NCBI GenBank assembly: GCA_965237805.1
Contig: OZ250153.1
Coordinates: 992,001 to 1,056,000 of the forward strand
Source: Gammaproteobacteria bacterium
GTDB lineage: Bacteria > Pseudomonadota > Gammaproteobacteria > JABABF01
DNA length: 64,000 bases
Reading direction: 5' to 3'
Under the pieces are notes generated by a model, which was given only the letters and a program-made list of their open reading frames with translations, ran no database searches and was not told where the DNA came from. Positions 1-10,285 of this stretch are shown here, piece by piece; the first letter of the stretch is position 1, and each line of letters opens with the position of its first letter. The position numbers and the translations under genes were made by a program.

Positions 1-282
1 GTGCATTTGATGGTGGAAGTGCCGACGGTGGATGAGGTCGGCCACTGTTTGGAGCGTGTCAACGAACGCGGCATCCACATCTTCTCGACGCTGGGACGGC
101 ACAGCAACGACCACATGCTGTCCTTCTATATGATGACCCCCAGCGGTTTCGCGCTGGAATACGGTTGCCAAGGCCGGCTGATGGACTGGGGCGACTATCA
201 GCCCAGCATCACCAGCGGGCGTGGCAGCCTCTGGGGGCACGCTTTCCAAATGCCAGAGATGCCCGAGGCAGCGGACGGTTGA
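1..282 (+). CDS. Extradiol ring-cleavage dioxygenase (VOC family, BphC/HsaC-like), C-terminal part, truncated by window edge
   Basis: HLMVEV...LGRHSNDHMLSFYMMTPSGFALEYG and WGH motifs, typical of the type I extradiol dioxygenase C-domain. Confidence 0.85.
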   Translation: MHLMVEVPTVDEVGHCLERVNERGIHIFSTLGRHSNDHMLSFYMMTPSGFALEYGCQGRLMDWGDYQPSITSGRGSLWGHAFQMPEMPEAADG

Positions 283-393
283 GGCTGCACGGCGCACCCG
301 GATGCGCCGCCAAATGGCGCAGCAGCCATCGCAGACCGTGCCTCCGTCAGCGCAATCGCGCACAATAGGCAATTCTGCTTAGAGCGGGCAACC

Positions 394-1170
394 ATGGGTC
401 TATACGCAGTCACGGGCGCGGCCAGCGGTATCGGCAACGCCGTGTGCACCGCCTTGCGGGCAGCCGGACATGAAGTGATCACTATCGATCAACAGGACAG
501 CGATATCGTCGTCGATCTGTCCACCGCCGAGGGTGTGGCCGAGGCCATCGCCGGCGTCAAGGCACGGGCACCGGACGGCCTCGACGGCTATGTGCCCTGT
601 GCTGGCGTCGGACCAGCAGTGGAGCCGGTCAAATTGGCAAGCATCAACTACTACGCGGTGGTCGACACCGTCAACGGCCTGCGCGAACTGCTGGTCAAGC
701 GCAGCGGGCGCGTGGTGCTGATCTCCTCCAATTCGGCACCGATGGACTTCCAAAACGAGGAATTGGCGCAGGCTCTGCTGAATGGCGAGCGTGCGGCAGC
801 CGAACAACTGGCCGTCTCTGTACACCAGGTGATGAGCGCTGTCTACGGTGCCACCAAGCGGGCGCTGGCGCGCTGGATGCGCCATAACTGCGCGGCATGG
901 GCTGCCGACGGTGTTTCCATCAATGCGGTGGCACCGGGGATGACGCGCACCCCGCTGGTCACCGAACAGATGGATGGCGGCAGCCAAGAGCTGCAAAACG
1001 CGCTGATGGAGTACGAGAAGTCCATCCCCTTACAACGCATGGCCGATCCCTCGCAGATCGCCAATGCCGTCGAGTTCCTGCTCGATGCCAAGCGCGCCAG
1101 CTACTGCTGCGGCACCTTGCTATTCGTGGACGGCGGCTCCGATGCCGTCGCCCGACCCGAAGACTTCTAA
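394..1170 (+). CDS. SDR oxidoreductase, 3-alpha-hydroxysteroid dehydrogenase/carbonyl reductase-like
   Basis: TGAASGIG cofactor motif, YGATK catalytic motif, NAVAPG; DLSTAEG, CAGVGP and SINYY segments resemble Comamonas HsdA. Confidence 0.8.
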   Translation: MGLYAVTGAASGIGNAVCTALRAAGHEVITIDQQDSDIVVDLSTAEGVAEAIAGVKARAPDGLDGYVPCAGVGPAVEPVKLASINYYAVVDTVNGLRELLVKRSGRVVLISSNSAPMDFQNEELAQALLNGERAAAEQLAVSVHQVMSAVYGATKRALARWMRHNCAAWAADGVSINAVAPGMTRTPLVTEQMDGGSQELQNALMEYEKSIPLQRMADPSQIANAVEFLLDAKRASYCCGTLLFVDGGSDAVARPEDF

Positions 1171-1188
1171 AGGCTCCACCCCCGGGCG

Positions 1189-2082
1189 ATGGCGGCCTCT
1201 TTCACCCCGCGTGGGAGCATCGTCGCCCTCGTCACACCGATGACAGCGGACGGCGCACTGGACTGGTGTGCATTGCGCCGCTTGGTGGACTGGCATGTCG
1301 AAGCTGGCACAGCGGCTCTCGGCGTGGCGGGCACCACCGGCGAATCGCCGACGCTGGATGTGGACGAGCACTGCGAGCTGATACAGCGCTCGGTGGAATA
1401 CGCCGCCGGTCGCCTGCCCGTGCTGGCGGGAACCGGTGCCAACGCCACCGCCGAGGCGATGGTGCTGACGCGGACAGCGCAGGCGGCGGGTGCGGATGCC
1501 TGCCTCAGCGTTGTCCCCTACTACAACCGCCCCATGCAGGAGGGCTTGTACCGACACTACCGTCAGATCGCCGAATCGGCCGACATACCGCAGCTGCTCT
1601 ACAACGTGCCAGCGCGCACCGCCTGCGATCTGATGCCGGACACCGTGATGCGCTTGGCTGAGCTGCCGGGCATCATCGGCATCAAGGAGGCCAGCGGCGA
1701 TGTGGCGCGGTTGCGCGCCCTGCTGGCCAGGCGTCCCTCAACTGATTTTTTGGTCTATTCGGGCGACGATCCCACCGCCACGCAGGCGATGCTGGACGGT
1801 GCCGACGGCGTGATCTCGGTCAGCGCCAATGTCGCGCCCACGCAGCTGGCCGAACTGTGCGCCGCCGCCTTGAGCGGCGACGAGGCGCGCAGCCGAGCAC
1901 TGGATGCCCAGCTCGCAACGCTCTACCATAGCTTGTTCGTGGAGAGCAACCCGATTCCGGTCAAGTGGGCACTGAGTGAGATGGGACATATAGAGCGCGG
2001 CATCCGCCTGCCGCTGACAGCACTGTCGGAAGTGCATCACGCCACATTGCGCCAAGCCCTCAATGACAGCGGGGCGCTGTGA
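1189..2082 (+). CDS. dapA: 4-hydroxy-tetrahydrodipicolinate synthase
   Basis: [34 protein letters not shown]. Confidence 0.97.
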   Translation: MAASFTPRGSIVALVTPMTADGALDWCALRRLVDWHVEAGTAALGVAGTTGESPTLDVDEHCELIQRSVEYAAGRLPVLAGTGANATAEAMVLTRTAQAAGADACLSVVPYYNRPMQEGLYRHYRQIAESADIPQLLYNVPARTACDLMPDTVMRLAELPGIIGIKEASGDVARLRALLARRPSTDFLVYSGDDPTATQAMLDGADGVISVSANVAPTQLAELCAAALSGDEARSRALDAQLATLYHSLFVESNPIPVKWALSEMGHIERGIRLPLTALSEVHHATLRQALNDSGAL

Positions 2083-3128
2083 ACAGGCGCAGCACCGCAG
2101 TGGCGGCGACACTGGCAGCTGTGCTGGGGCTACCCGCCTGCTCGTACTTGGGGCTGGATCGGCTGTTGCACGACTACTCCAAAGACTACCTGTCCGCCTC
2201 GTCGGTCGAGCTGATGCGCATGCCGCCGGGACTGGATGCGCCCACCACCGACCCAAGCCATCCGGTGCCCGGCGATGCCAACCAGCCAGAGTCGTCCGCC
2301 CCTCCCTTTGAGCTGGGTCCACCGCAGCGGCTGTTTAACCCCGCCTTGGGGGAAGTGCGCATGCAGCGCCTCGGCGAGCGCTTTTGGATTGTGGTCGATC
2401 TGCCCCCCGACCGCGTTTGGCCCTTGGTGAGAGCCTTCTTCAGCGACAGCCAATTGCCGCTGGCCAAGATCAATACCCGCAGCGGCAGCTTGGAAACCGG
2501 CTGGCTCAAACCCGAGCATCATCCGCCAGAGCGCTACCGCCTGAAGCTGATTCCCGGCTTGCGCCCCGACAGCTCCGAAGTGATATTGGTGCAACACAAC
2601 GGCAAGGGCACCAGCTGGCCTGAAAGCGCCAGCGACCCGGCACGCCGCGACGAAATGCTCAAAGCCTTGGCGACTTATATGGTGGATGCCCCCACCGCCA
2701 AAATCTCCCGCCTCGCCGCCAGCCTGACGCTCGCCACCGAGCGCTCACGCATCGAAGACAATGCGGCGGGCCACCCCCAGCTGTTGATCGATCTGCGTTA
2801 CGACCGCGGTTGGGCGACCCTCGGCTTTGCCCTTGAGCACGCCGAATTTAAAATCGTGGATCGCGACCGCAGCACTGGCATCTACTATCTGGAACAGCCC
2901 TCGAATAAGCCCAGGCTGTCGCCCTTGCGCCGACTGCTACCGCAGCGCCGCAAGAGTCAGGGCAAAGAGCAATCAGCCGATGTCGACCAGCTACCCCCCG
3001 AGCGCCGCTTGGAGCTGCGGGTGCAGCGCGACGGCGACGAGCGGGTGCGCAGTTCCTTCCACGGCCCCAACTTGACAGCAGATGTGGCGAGGGTCTTGCT
3101 CAAGCGCCTGCGTCGGAAACTACCCTGA
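2079..3128 (+). CDS. bamC: Outer membrane protein assembly lipoprotein BamC (NlpB/DapX)
   Basis: Lipobox LPAC; VWPLVRAFF and [10 protein letters not shown] segments; canonical position between dapA and purC. Confidence 0.85.
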   Translation: MNRRSTAVAATLAAVLGLPACSYLGLDRLLHDYSKDYLSASSVELMRMPPGLDAPTTDPSHPVPGDANQPESSAPPFELGPPQRLFNPALGEVRMQRLGERFWIVVDLPPDRVWPLVRAFFSDSQLPLAKINTRSGSLETGWLKPEHHPPERYRLKLIPGLRPDSSEVILVQHNGKGTSWPESASDPARRDEMLKALATYMVDAPTAKISRLAASLTLATERSRIEDNAAGHPQLLIDLRYDRGWATLGFALEHAEFKIVDRDRSTGIYYLEQPSNKPRLSPLRRLLPQRRKSQGKEQSADVDQLPPERRLELRVQRDGDERVRSSFHGPNLTADVARVLLKRLRRKLP

Positions 3129-3175
3129 GTCGGGCGCGGCAAGGCCGACCGCCCACGCGACGACAGAGAAGCGAC

Positions 3176-3916
3176 ATGTCGGCAACAGAGCGGAATCCAC
3201 AGCGAGGCGAGCTGCTGAGCGAAGGCAAGGCCAAGACACTGTACGCGACTGACGACCCGCGCCTGCTGGTCATGCACTTCCGCGACGACACCACCGCCTT
3301 CGACGGCGCCAAACGCGCCAGCTTGGCGGGCAAGGGCGAGATCAACAACCGCTTCAACGCCTTCATCATGCAGCAGCTCGCTCAGGCCGGGGTGCCGACC
3401 CATTTCGAGCGCCTGCTGGCCAGCCAAGACAGCGCGGTGCGCCGTTTGGACATGTTGGCGGTGGAATTCGTGGTGCGCAACATCGCGGCGGGCAGCCTGT
3501 GCAAACGCCTCGGCTTTGAGGCGGGCGCCACGCTGGACCCACCACTACAGGAGTTATTCCTCAAAGATGACGCGCTCGGTGATCCGCTGATCAACGAGCA
3601 GCACGCCATCCGGCTCGGCTTGGCGACCATGGAGCAGCTGCAGCGAGGTGCCGAGTTGGCGCTGCGCGTCAATGAGATCTTGGCACCACTGATGGCCGAG
3701 GCCGGAATGTTGCTGGTCGACTACAAACTGGAATTCGGGATGGCTGGAGACGAGCTGCTACTCGGCGACGAGTTCACCCCCGACGGTTGCCGCCTGTGGG
3801 ACACCAAGAGCCGCGAGAGCTTGGACAAAGACCGCTTCCGCCAAGACTTGGGCAACATTGTCGAATCCTACCGTATCGCCGCCGCACGTTTGGGAGTGGA
3901 AGGAGCGACGGCCTGA
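3176..3916 (+). CDS. purC: Phosphoribosylaminoimidazole-succinocarboxamide synthase
   Basis: EGKAKTLY, FRDDTTAFDG, VVRNIAAGS, DYKLEFG, DEFTPDGCRLWD, DKDRFR. Confidence 0.97.
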   Translation: MSATERNPQRGELLSEGKAKTLYATDDPRLLVMHFRDDTTAFDGAKRASLAGKGEINNRFNAFIMQQLAQAGVPTHFERLLASQDSAVRRLDMLAVEFVVRNIAAGSLCKRLGFEAGATLDPPLQELFLKDDALGDPLINEQHAIRLGLATMEQLQRGAELALRVNEILAPLMAEAGMLLVDYKLEFGMAGDELLLGDEFTPDGCRLWDTKSRESLDKDRFRQDLGNIVESYRIAAARLGVEGATA

Positions 3917-3994
3917 GCAGTGGTGCAGCACCCAGCGCGGCGCCAATCGCGCGGACAGACAGCGGGTGACATAATGCAATCGTGCAATTGGATA

Positions 3995-4084
<90 letters not shown>

Positions 4085-4228
4085 GGGGTTCTGAGCAACA
4101 ACATTCAGCTCGTGCGGGCAAGAAGGGTCTGAGAAATCTTAGTGCTAGGCTAGACGGCACTACGAACGATCTGCCGAATAGATTTTTCTGTATCAACGCT
4201 CCGCATAATTCTATTGACCATTATGTCC

Positions 4229-5275
4229 CTAAGGTGCCATCCCCCCCACCGTCAGCCCCTGCGTCTCCGGCAGGCCGAACATCAGGTTCATATTCTGTAG
4301 CGCTTGGCCCGCCGCGCCTTTGACCAAATTGTCGATCACCGACAACACCACCACCACCGCACGTCCCTGTGGGCGGTGCACCGCCAAGCGGCATAGATTG
4401 CCGCCGCGCACATCGCCGCTGCGCGGGTGCCCGCCCGGCGGCAACACATCGACAAAGGGCTCGTCGGCATAGCGCCCCTGCAGGGCACTGCACAGCGCCT
4501 CGTCATCCATCGATTCATCGGCCAGCACGGCACACAATGTGGCGTGGATGCCGCGCGCCATCGGCCCCAAATGCGGCACAAAGGTCAATTCCGCCGCCCC
4601 GTCCTGCCCGCGCAAAGCCTGCTCGATTTCTGGCAGATGGCGATGGCCCTGCACCCCGTAGGCTCCGATGCCACCACCGGCCTCGGCCAGCAGTTGCGGT
4701 ACCGCCGGAGCACGGCCGGCACCGCTGGTGCCGGAGACGGCGCTGGCAAAGAGTGGCGCGGGGCGCACCAAGCCCAGCTCCAGCAGCGGTGCCAAAGCCA
4801 AGATCACCGCCGTCGGGTAACAGCCGGGGTTGGCGACCAAGCGCGCTGTGGCGATGGCCTCGCGGTGGTACTCCGGCAAGCCGTAGACCGCCTCGGCCAA
4901 CTGCTCTGGTGCCGTGTGCGGCTGGCCGTGCCAACGCTGCCACTCGGCACCGTCCCGCAGGCGGAAATCGGCCGAGAGATCGACCACTTTGAGCGCTGGG
5001 TTCAGCGCCAATAGTTCTGGCACAAGGCGCATGGCGACGCCGTGTGGGGTCGCGGTGAACACCACATCGCAGGCCGCCAAGCGCTCGGCATCCACCGCGC
5101 TGAAGTCCAAATCGACGACACCGCGCAGCTGGGGATGCGTCGCGGCCACCGCCTCGCCTGCCAGCTCGCGCGCCGTCACATAGTCGAGGCGCAGCTCGGG
5201 ATGCCCCGCTGCCAAGCGCATCAACTCGGCACCGGTATAGCCAGTGCCGCCGACCAGACCCACCGCTATCGTCAT
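4229..5275 (-). CDS. argC: N-acetyl-gamma-glutamyl-phosphate reductase
   Basis: [35 protein letters not shown]; start placed at MTIAV. Confidence 0.97.
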   Translation of the reverse strand: MTIAVGLVGGTGYTGAELMRLAAGHPELRLDYVTARELAGEAVAATHPQLRGVVDLDFSAVDAERLAACDVVFTATPHGVAMRLVPELLALNPALKVVDLSADFRLRDGAEWQRWHGQPHTAPEQLAEAVYGLPEYHREAIATARLVANPGCYPTAVILALAPLLELGLVRPAPLFASAVSGTSGAGRAPAVPQLLAEAGGGIGAYGVQGHRHLPEIEQALRGQDGAAELTFVPHLGPMARGIHATLCAVLADESMDDEALCSALQGRYADEPFVDVLPPGGHPRSGDVRGGNLCRLAVHRPQGRAVVVVLSVIDNLVKGAAGQALQNMNLMFGLPETQGLTVGGMAP

Positions 5276-5470
5276 TTGGCCTCCCGTCGGGCGTGTGGCA
5301 CCAAAGCGCAGTATCGGTCGTCCAGCAAGCTGGAGCGATGCCACCACACGAGGCACCGCGACTCTGGTCGGCCATTGTCGCGCCGCTCAGACAGCCACTA
5401 ACGCCTGCGCTCCTAGTCTATAATTTGGCTCAAGCTCCATGATAACAGCCTGTAAAGGCACCGAGCCGCC

Positions 5471-5890
5471 ATGCTCTGGATCAAAGCACTGCATCTCGTC
5501 TTCGGCATCAGCTGGTTTGCTGGCCTTTTTTATTTGCCACGCCTATTCGTTTATCTGGCCGATTGCGAGCACGAGGAGACCCGGCAACAGTTGCTGCTGA
5601 TGGCGCGTCGCCTGTACCGCTTTTCCTTGCTGCTGATGGTGCTGAGTTTGGTCTTCGGCCTGTGGCTGGTGCTGCTCAACAGCTCCGTCTATATGCAGGC
5701 GGGCTGGTTTCACGCCAAATTGACATTGCTGGTGCTGCTGATCGGCTACCACCATGTCTGCGCACGCTTCCTGCGCCAGTTCGAACAGGGCGACAACCAA
5801 CGCGACGCACGCTTCTACCGTGTCTTCAACGAAGTGCCCGCCCTGCTCCTGCTCGCCATCGTAGTGCTCGCCGTCGTTCAACCCTTCTAA
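5471..5890 (+). CDS. hemJ: Protoporphyrinogen IX oxidase HemJ
   Basis: WIKALHL, WFAGLFYLPRLFVY, WFHAKL, FNEVP; four hydrophobic segments; adjacent to hemL. Confidence 0.92.
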   Translation: MLWIKALHLVFGISWFAGLFYLPRLFVYLADCEHEETRQQLLLMARRLYRFSLLLMVLSLVFGLWLVLLNSSVYMQAGWFHAKLTLLVLLIGYHHVCARFLRQFEQGDNQRDARFYRVFNEVPALLLLAIVVLAVVQPF

Positions 5891-5899
5891 GCTAGACCC

Positions 5900-7201
5900 A
5901 TGGCCGCCACTGCCGCGGAATTGTTCCGGCGCGCCGAGCGCCATTTGGTCGGCGGTGTCAATTCGCCGGTGCGAGCCTTCACCGCTGTCGGCGGCACCCC
6001 GCCGTGCATCGTGCGCGGTGACGGCCCCCGGCTCTACGACAGCGAGGGGCGAGAATACTTGGACTATGTCTGCTGCTGGGGGGCGGCACTGCTCGGCCAC
6101 GCCCACCCCGCCGTGCTGAGCGCCTTGCGCGAGCAGCTGCAAAACGGCCTCGGCTTCGGCGCACCCTCTCCAGGCGAGATAGAGCTGGCAGAGCTGCTGT
6201 GCGAGGCTGTGCCGACCATGGAGCAGCTGCGGCTGGTCAGCTCCGGCACCGAGGCCACCATGAGCGCCATCCGCCTCGCCCGCGGTGCCACCGGTCGCCC
6301 CATGTTGCTAAAATTCGCCGGTGGCTACCACGGCCACGCCGATGCGCTGTTGGTGGAGGCTGGATCCGGCGCACTGGGACAACCGGCCTCGGCCGGTGTC
6401 ACAGTGGATGTCGCCAAACACAGCTTGGTGGCCGACTACAACGACATCGACACCGCCGCCGCGCTCTTCCAGCGCCACAGCGAGCAATTGGCCTGCGTCA
6501 TCGTCGAGCCGGTGGCGGGCAATATGGGCTGTATCCCGCCGCGCCAGGGCTTCCTCGAAGGGCTGCGCGAGCTGTGCGACAACAGCGGCGCACTGCTGAT
6601 TTTCGACGAGGTGATGACGGGCTTCCGCCTCGGCTGGGGCGATGCCGGGCAACGCTTCGGCGTGCGTGCGGATCTGGTGACGCTGGGCAAAGCCATCGGC
6701 GGCGGCCTGCCGATCGGCGCTTTCGGTGGACGGCGGGAGCTGATGGCCGAACTGGCACCGCTGGGCCCGGTCTACCAAGCTGGCACGCTGTCGGGCAACC
6801 CGCTGTCGGTGTGCGCCGGTCTCGCCACACTGGCTGAGGCACGCCGGGAGGGTTTCTATGAAGCCTTGCAAGCGCGGGCAGAGCAGCTGGCCGATGGCCT
6901 GCGGGCGCGGGCACAGGATGCTGGCGTAGCGTTGATGGTGACGCAAATCGGCGGCATGTTCGGGCTGTTCTTTGGTGCCTCGAAGCCGGTGTGGAATCTG
7001 CGCGACATGCAGGCTGGCGACAGCGATGCTTTCCGTTGCTTTTTCCATGCCATGCTGCGCGACGGTATTTATCTGGCACCGGGTACCGCTGAGGCCGGCT
7101 TTATCTCCGCCGCCCACGGCACGGCAGAGATCGATGCAACGCTGGCGGCAGCGGAGCGGGCTTTTGCTGTCGTCGCGGCGCAGCGGGAGGCGGCGGCATG
7201 A
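5900..7201 (+). CDS. hemL: Glutamate-1-semialdehyde 2,1-aminomutase
   Basis: GGVNSPVRAF, SGTEATMSAIRLARG, FDEVMTGFR, GKAIGGGLP, YQAGTLSGNP. Confidence 0.97.
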   Translation: MAATAAELFRRAERHLVGGVNSPVRAFTAVGGTPPCIVRGDGPRLYDSEGREYLDYVCCWGAALLGHAHPAVLSALREQLQNGLGFGAPSPGEIELAELLCEAVPTMEQLRLVSSGTEATMSAIRLARGATGRPMLLKFAGGYHGHADALLVEAGSGALGQPASAGVTVDVAKHSLVADYNDIDTAAALFQRHSEQLACVIVEPVAGNMGCIPPRQGFLEGLRELCDNSGALLIFDEVMTGFRLGWGDAGQRFGVRADLVTLGKAIGGGLPIGAFGGRRELMAELAPLGPVYQAGTLSGNPLSVCAGLATLAEARREGFYEALQARAEQLADGLRARAQDAGVALMVTQIGGMFGLFFGASKPVWNLRDMQAGDSDAFRCFFHAMLRDGIYLAPGTAEAGFISAAHGTAEIDATLAAAERAFAVVAAQREAAA

Positions 7202-8199
7202 GCGCTGCCGGTCGCTATCCGCGCACCCGCCTGCGCCGCAGTCGCCGCAACGCCGCGCTGCGGGGACTGCTGCGCGAGACCCAACTCAGCCCATCACAGC
7301 TGATCTGGCCGCTATTCGTGCGCGAAGGAGAGGGGGTCGCAGAGCCGATAACGACCATGCCCGGCCAGCACCGACTCAGTGTGGATCGACTGGTGGCGTC
7401 GGCACGCGAAGCAGCGGGGCTGGGCATCGCGGCCATCTGCCTGTTCCCAGTGGTGCCAACAGCCGCCAAGAACGAAGCTGGCAGCGAAGCGGCAAACCCA
7501 GACGGCTTGGTGCCGAGGGCGGTGCGGGCGCTGAAAGAGGCCATCCCGGAATTGCTGGTGATCACCGATGTCGCGCTGGATCCCTACACCAGCCACGGCC
7601 AAGATGGCTTGGTCGATGCCACCGGCGCGGTGCTGAATGACCCGACCGTGGCCGCGCTGCGCTCCCAAGCGCTCTGCCATGCCAATGCTGGTGCCGACAT
7701 CGTGGCACCATCGGACATGATGGATGGGCGCATCGGCACCATCCGCGACGCGCTGGAAAGCGAGGGCTTCCAAGATACCTTGATCCTCGCCTATGCCGCC
7801 AAATACGCCTCGGCCTATTACGGTCCATTCCGCGATGCGCTGGGCTCGGCGGCGGCGCTGGCTGGCGGTGACAAGCGCAGCTACCAGATGGATCCGGGCA
7901 ATCTCGACGAGGCCGTGCGCGAATGTCGCTTGGATTTGGAGGAAGGTGCCGACATCCTGTTGATCAAACCCGGCATGCCCTGCTTGGATGTGGTGCAACG
8001 CGTCAAGCGCGAGTTGTGCGCCCCGCTCTTCGCCTATCAGGTCAGCGGAGAGTACGCCATGCATGTCGCCGCCGCCGAGCGCGGCATGATCGACCGCGAA
8101 GCCGCGCTACTGGAGTCGTTGCTGTGCCTGCGGCGCGCCGGAGCCGATGCCGTGATCAGCTACTTCGCCTTGGAGGCGGCCACGCTGCTCGCGGCTTGA
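7198..8199 (+). CDS. hemB: Porphobilinogen synthase (Asp-rich, Zn-independent type)
   Basis: DVALDPYTSHGQDG, APSDMMDGR, KYASAYYGPFRDA, IKPG, AYQVSGEYAM. Confidence 0.97.
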   Translation: MSAAGRYPRTRLRRSRRNAALRGLLRETQLSPSQLIWPLFVREGEGVAEPITTMPGQHRLSVDRLVASAREAAGLGIAAICLFPVVPTAAKNEAGSEAANPDGLVPRAVRALKEAIPELLVITDVALDPYTSHGQDGLVDATGAVLNDPTVAALRSQALCHANAGADIVAPSDMMDGRIGTIRDALESEGFQDTLILAYAAKYASAYYGPFRDALGSAAALAGGDKRSYQMDPGNLDEAVRECRLDLEEGADILLIKPGMPCLDVVQRVKRELCAPLFAYQVSGEYAMHVAAAERGMIDREAALLESLLCLRRAGADAVISYFALEAATLLAA

Positions 8200-8834
8200 T
8201 GCCGCCTCAGCGCGATATGGTCAGCGACACCTCAATGCGAAAGCCGCCCCCGACACCCAACTGGCAACGACAGCGCCAACCACCCCGCCTCAGCCGCGGC
8301 CTCGGCCCCGCCGCCTGCCTGCTGTCACTATTGCTACTGTATGGCTGCGCCCCGGAGTGGGTATGGGCTGAAGACACCACCACCATCGCATGCACAGGCA
8401 ACAAGACGCCCGCTATATTTTCCTACAGCGTCGCGGCGCAAGGGATTCAATTTCCCGGGATGAACACAATGCTCAAGCGCGACATCCCCACATGGGTGCA
8501 ATATCTGTGGGTGGAAGAAAACCGATTTCTGGTGATTTACAGTTCGCGCAAGCTGCACTGCGACAATCTTGCTGCAATGAAGCGCAATCCCTCCACCGTG
8601 GGCTGCGAGGGCCATCGCGCCGTCAGCGGACACGAGATGCTGAAATACTCCGACGGACGCATGCGCCATTGGGATCCGGCAGGTGCGCGGCTGTTCTTCG
8701 CCAGCAATATCGATTTTGAACCCGTTGAGGCACCGATCTTCACCGCAACGGATTGTAAAAAGAAATTCAGTTATCTCTACACGCTATTCCACAGCATACG
8801 ATGGCAGCTATGGGATTTGGCCCGCCAATTTTGA
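8199..8834 (+). CDS. Hypothetical protein, putative lipoprotein
   Basis: ATG overlaps the hemB stop; hydrophobic stretch ending in LLYG-C; fills the hemB-murL gap; no family recognised. Confidence 0.6.
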   Translation: MPPQRDMVSDTSMRKPPPTPNWQRQRQPPRLSRGLGPAACLLSLLLLYGCAPEWVWAEDTTTIACTGNKTPAIFSYSVAAQGIQFPGMNTMLKRDIPTWVQYLWVEENRFLVIYSSRKLHCDNLAAMKRNPSTVGCEGHRAVSGHEMLKYSDGRMRHWDPAGARLFFASNIDFEPVEAPIFTATDCKKKFSYLYTLFHSIRWQLWDLARQF

Positions 8835-8910
8835 GGCTCATCATCGACCAAGCAACCAACCGACGAGACAGCGCGCGGCGAGGGGTGCACAGCGCGCACG
8901 ACCACTGGGC

Positions 8911-10269
8911 ATGAGCGTTGCGGTTGCACGGGCGCAGCGCATGCTGTTCGAAGCCTGCGAATACGACCCCGTGCGCGGTGAGGCCGTGCTGCGTTACCGC
9001 TTGGATCGGCAACCCTTTGTCGAGCGCCTGCGTTTTGTCGACGCACCGACGATCGGCGGAGCACGGCTGGCGGCTCTGCGCCATGCGCTGGGCTATCTGC
9101 ACCTCGCTGCCGGAGTCAGCTATTACAAGGCGCTACTGCCGCGGCAGCTGGAGCTGGCGGTCGAGCTGCCATCGGCACGCTGTGCTGCGTTCATGCGTCG
9201 CTTCTACCGCGAGGGCCTCGCCGAGTTCGCATGGCGCAATGGCGTGGATTTAGGCGATGGACCGGCGTTCCCCGCCGGGGCGGGGGGTGCAGCGGCGGCA
9301 ACCCAATCGCCACCACTGCGCCGCCTGACGGCAGCGGCCTGCGGCGGCGGCATCGGCTCCGCTGTCACGCTAGAGGCTTTGAAGCAAGTCAGAGAGCCGT
9401 TGACCGCGATCACCGTCAACTGCCATCCCGCCGCAGAGCATGTGGCCAGCACGGCGGGGGTGCCGCTACTGCGTCTCGAACGGCACTTGGATCCAGCGCT
9501 GAGTGCGCTGAACCGCCGCGGGGCTTGGAACGGCCATGTGCCCATCACTGGCATCCTCAGCTTCGCCATGGTGGCAGCCGCGCTGATCTACGACTTTGAT
9601 GCCATCGCCATGTCCAACGAAGGCTCGGCCGATGAGGGTAATTTCCCCGCCGGAGCCGATGCGAGGGCACTTCAGATCAACCACCAGTGGAGCAAATCCC
9701 AAGCCTTCGAAGCCCCGCTGCGGGAATTGCTGGCGGCCGAACTGTGCCCAGGGCTGGAGTACGCCTCTGTGCTGCGGCCATTTGACGACTTGCAAGTGAT
9801 GCGCCACTTCGCCACAGCACAAGAGATGCAACGCTACCACAGCGCGACACTCAGCTGCAATCGCGCTTTCAGAACGCATAGTACGAACCGACATTGGTGT
9901 GGTGATTGCGACAAATGTCGTTTTGTTTTCCTCGGTTTGGCCGCCTTCATGGGGGCAGAGCAGTTGCTGGGGATTTTCGGTGCCGACCTGTTGGGGCAGC
10001 CCACACAGCGCGATGGTTTCAGGCAATTGCTCGGCCTTGGCGAACACAAGCCTTTCGATTGCGTGGGCACTGTGGCCGAGTGCCGCTCCGCGTTGGCGCT
10101 GGCACGGCAGCAACCAGATTGGGCTGGCCACGCACTGCTGGGAGAGTTGGCGGCCGATTTGGCCACAGCTGGCATCGACCCCGGTTCGGCCGAGCTGCCA
10201 AGCGGTGTCGACCAGCAGGCGCAAGCAGCTTTGCCAACGCGCTGGCGTGTGGCACTGAATACCAGATGA
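8911..10269 (+). CDS. murL: UDP-MurNAc-L-Ala-L-Glu epimerase MurL-like
   Basis: LHLAAGVSYYKA, GAWNGHVPIT, MSNE.SA, NHQWSKS, SCNR.F, WCG.C.KCRFVFL, HKPFDCVG; directly upstream of a MurD-family ligase as in Xanthomonas. Confidence 0.85.
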   Translation: MSVAVARAQRMLFEACEYDPVRGEAVLRYRLDRQPFVERLRFVDAPTIGGARLAALRHALGYLHLAAGVSYYKALLPRQLELAVELPSARCAAFMRRFYREGLAEFAWRNGVDLGDGPAFPAGAGGAAAATQSPPLRRLTAAACGGGIGSAVTLEALKQVREPLTAITVNCHPAAEHVASTAGVPLLRLERHLDPALSALNRRGAWNGHVPITGILSFAMVAAALIYDFDAIAMSNEGSADEGNFPAGADARALQINHQWSKSQAFEAPLRELLAAELCPGLEYASVLRPFDDLQVMRHFATAQEMQRYHSATLSCNRAFRTHSTNRHWCGDCDKCRFVFLGLAAFMGAEQLLGIFGADLLGQPTQRDGFRQLLGLGEHKPFDCVGTVAECRSALALARQQPDWAGHALLGELAADLATAGIDPGSAELPSGVDQQAQAALPTRWRVALNTR

Positions 10270-10285
10270 GCGCGACAGCGGCGAA

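Noticed and set aside
5471-8199. hemJ-hemL-hemB cluster as a novel system
   Set aside because: Ordinary heme pathway genes; the clustering is explained by genome compaction
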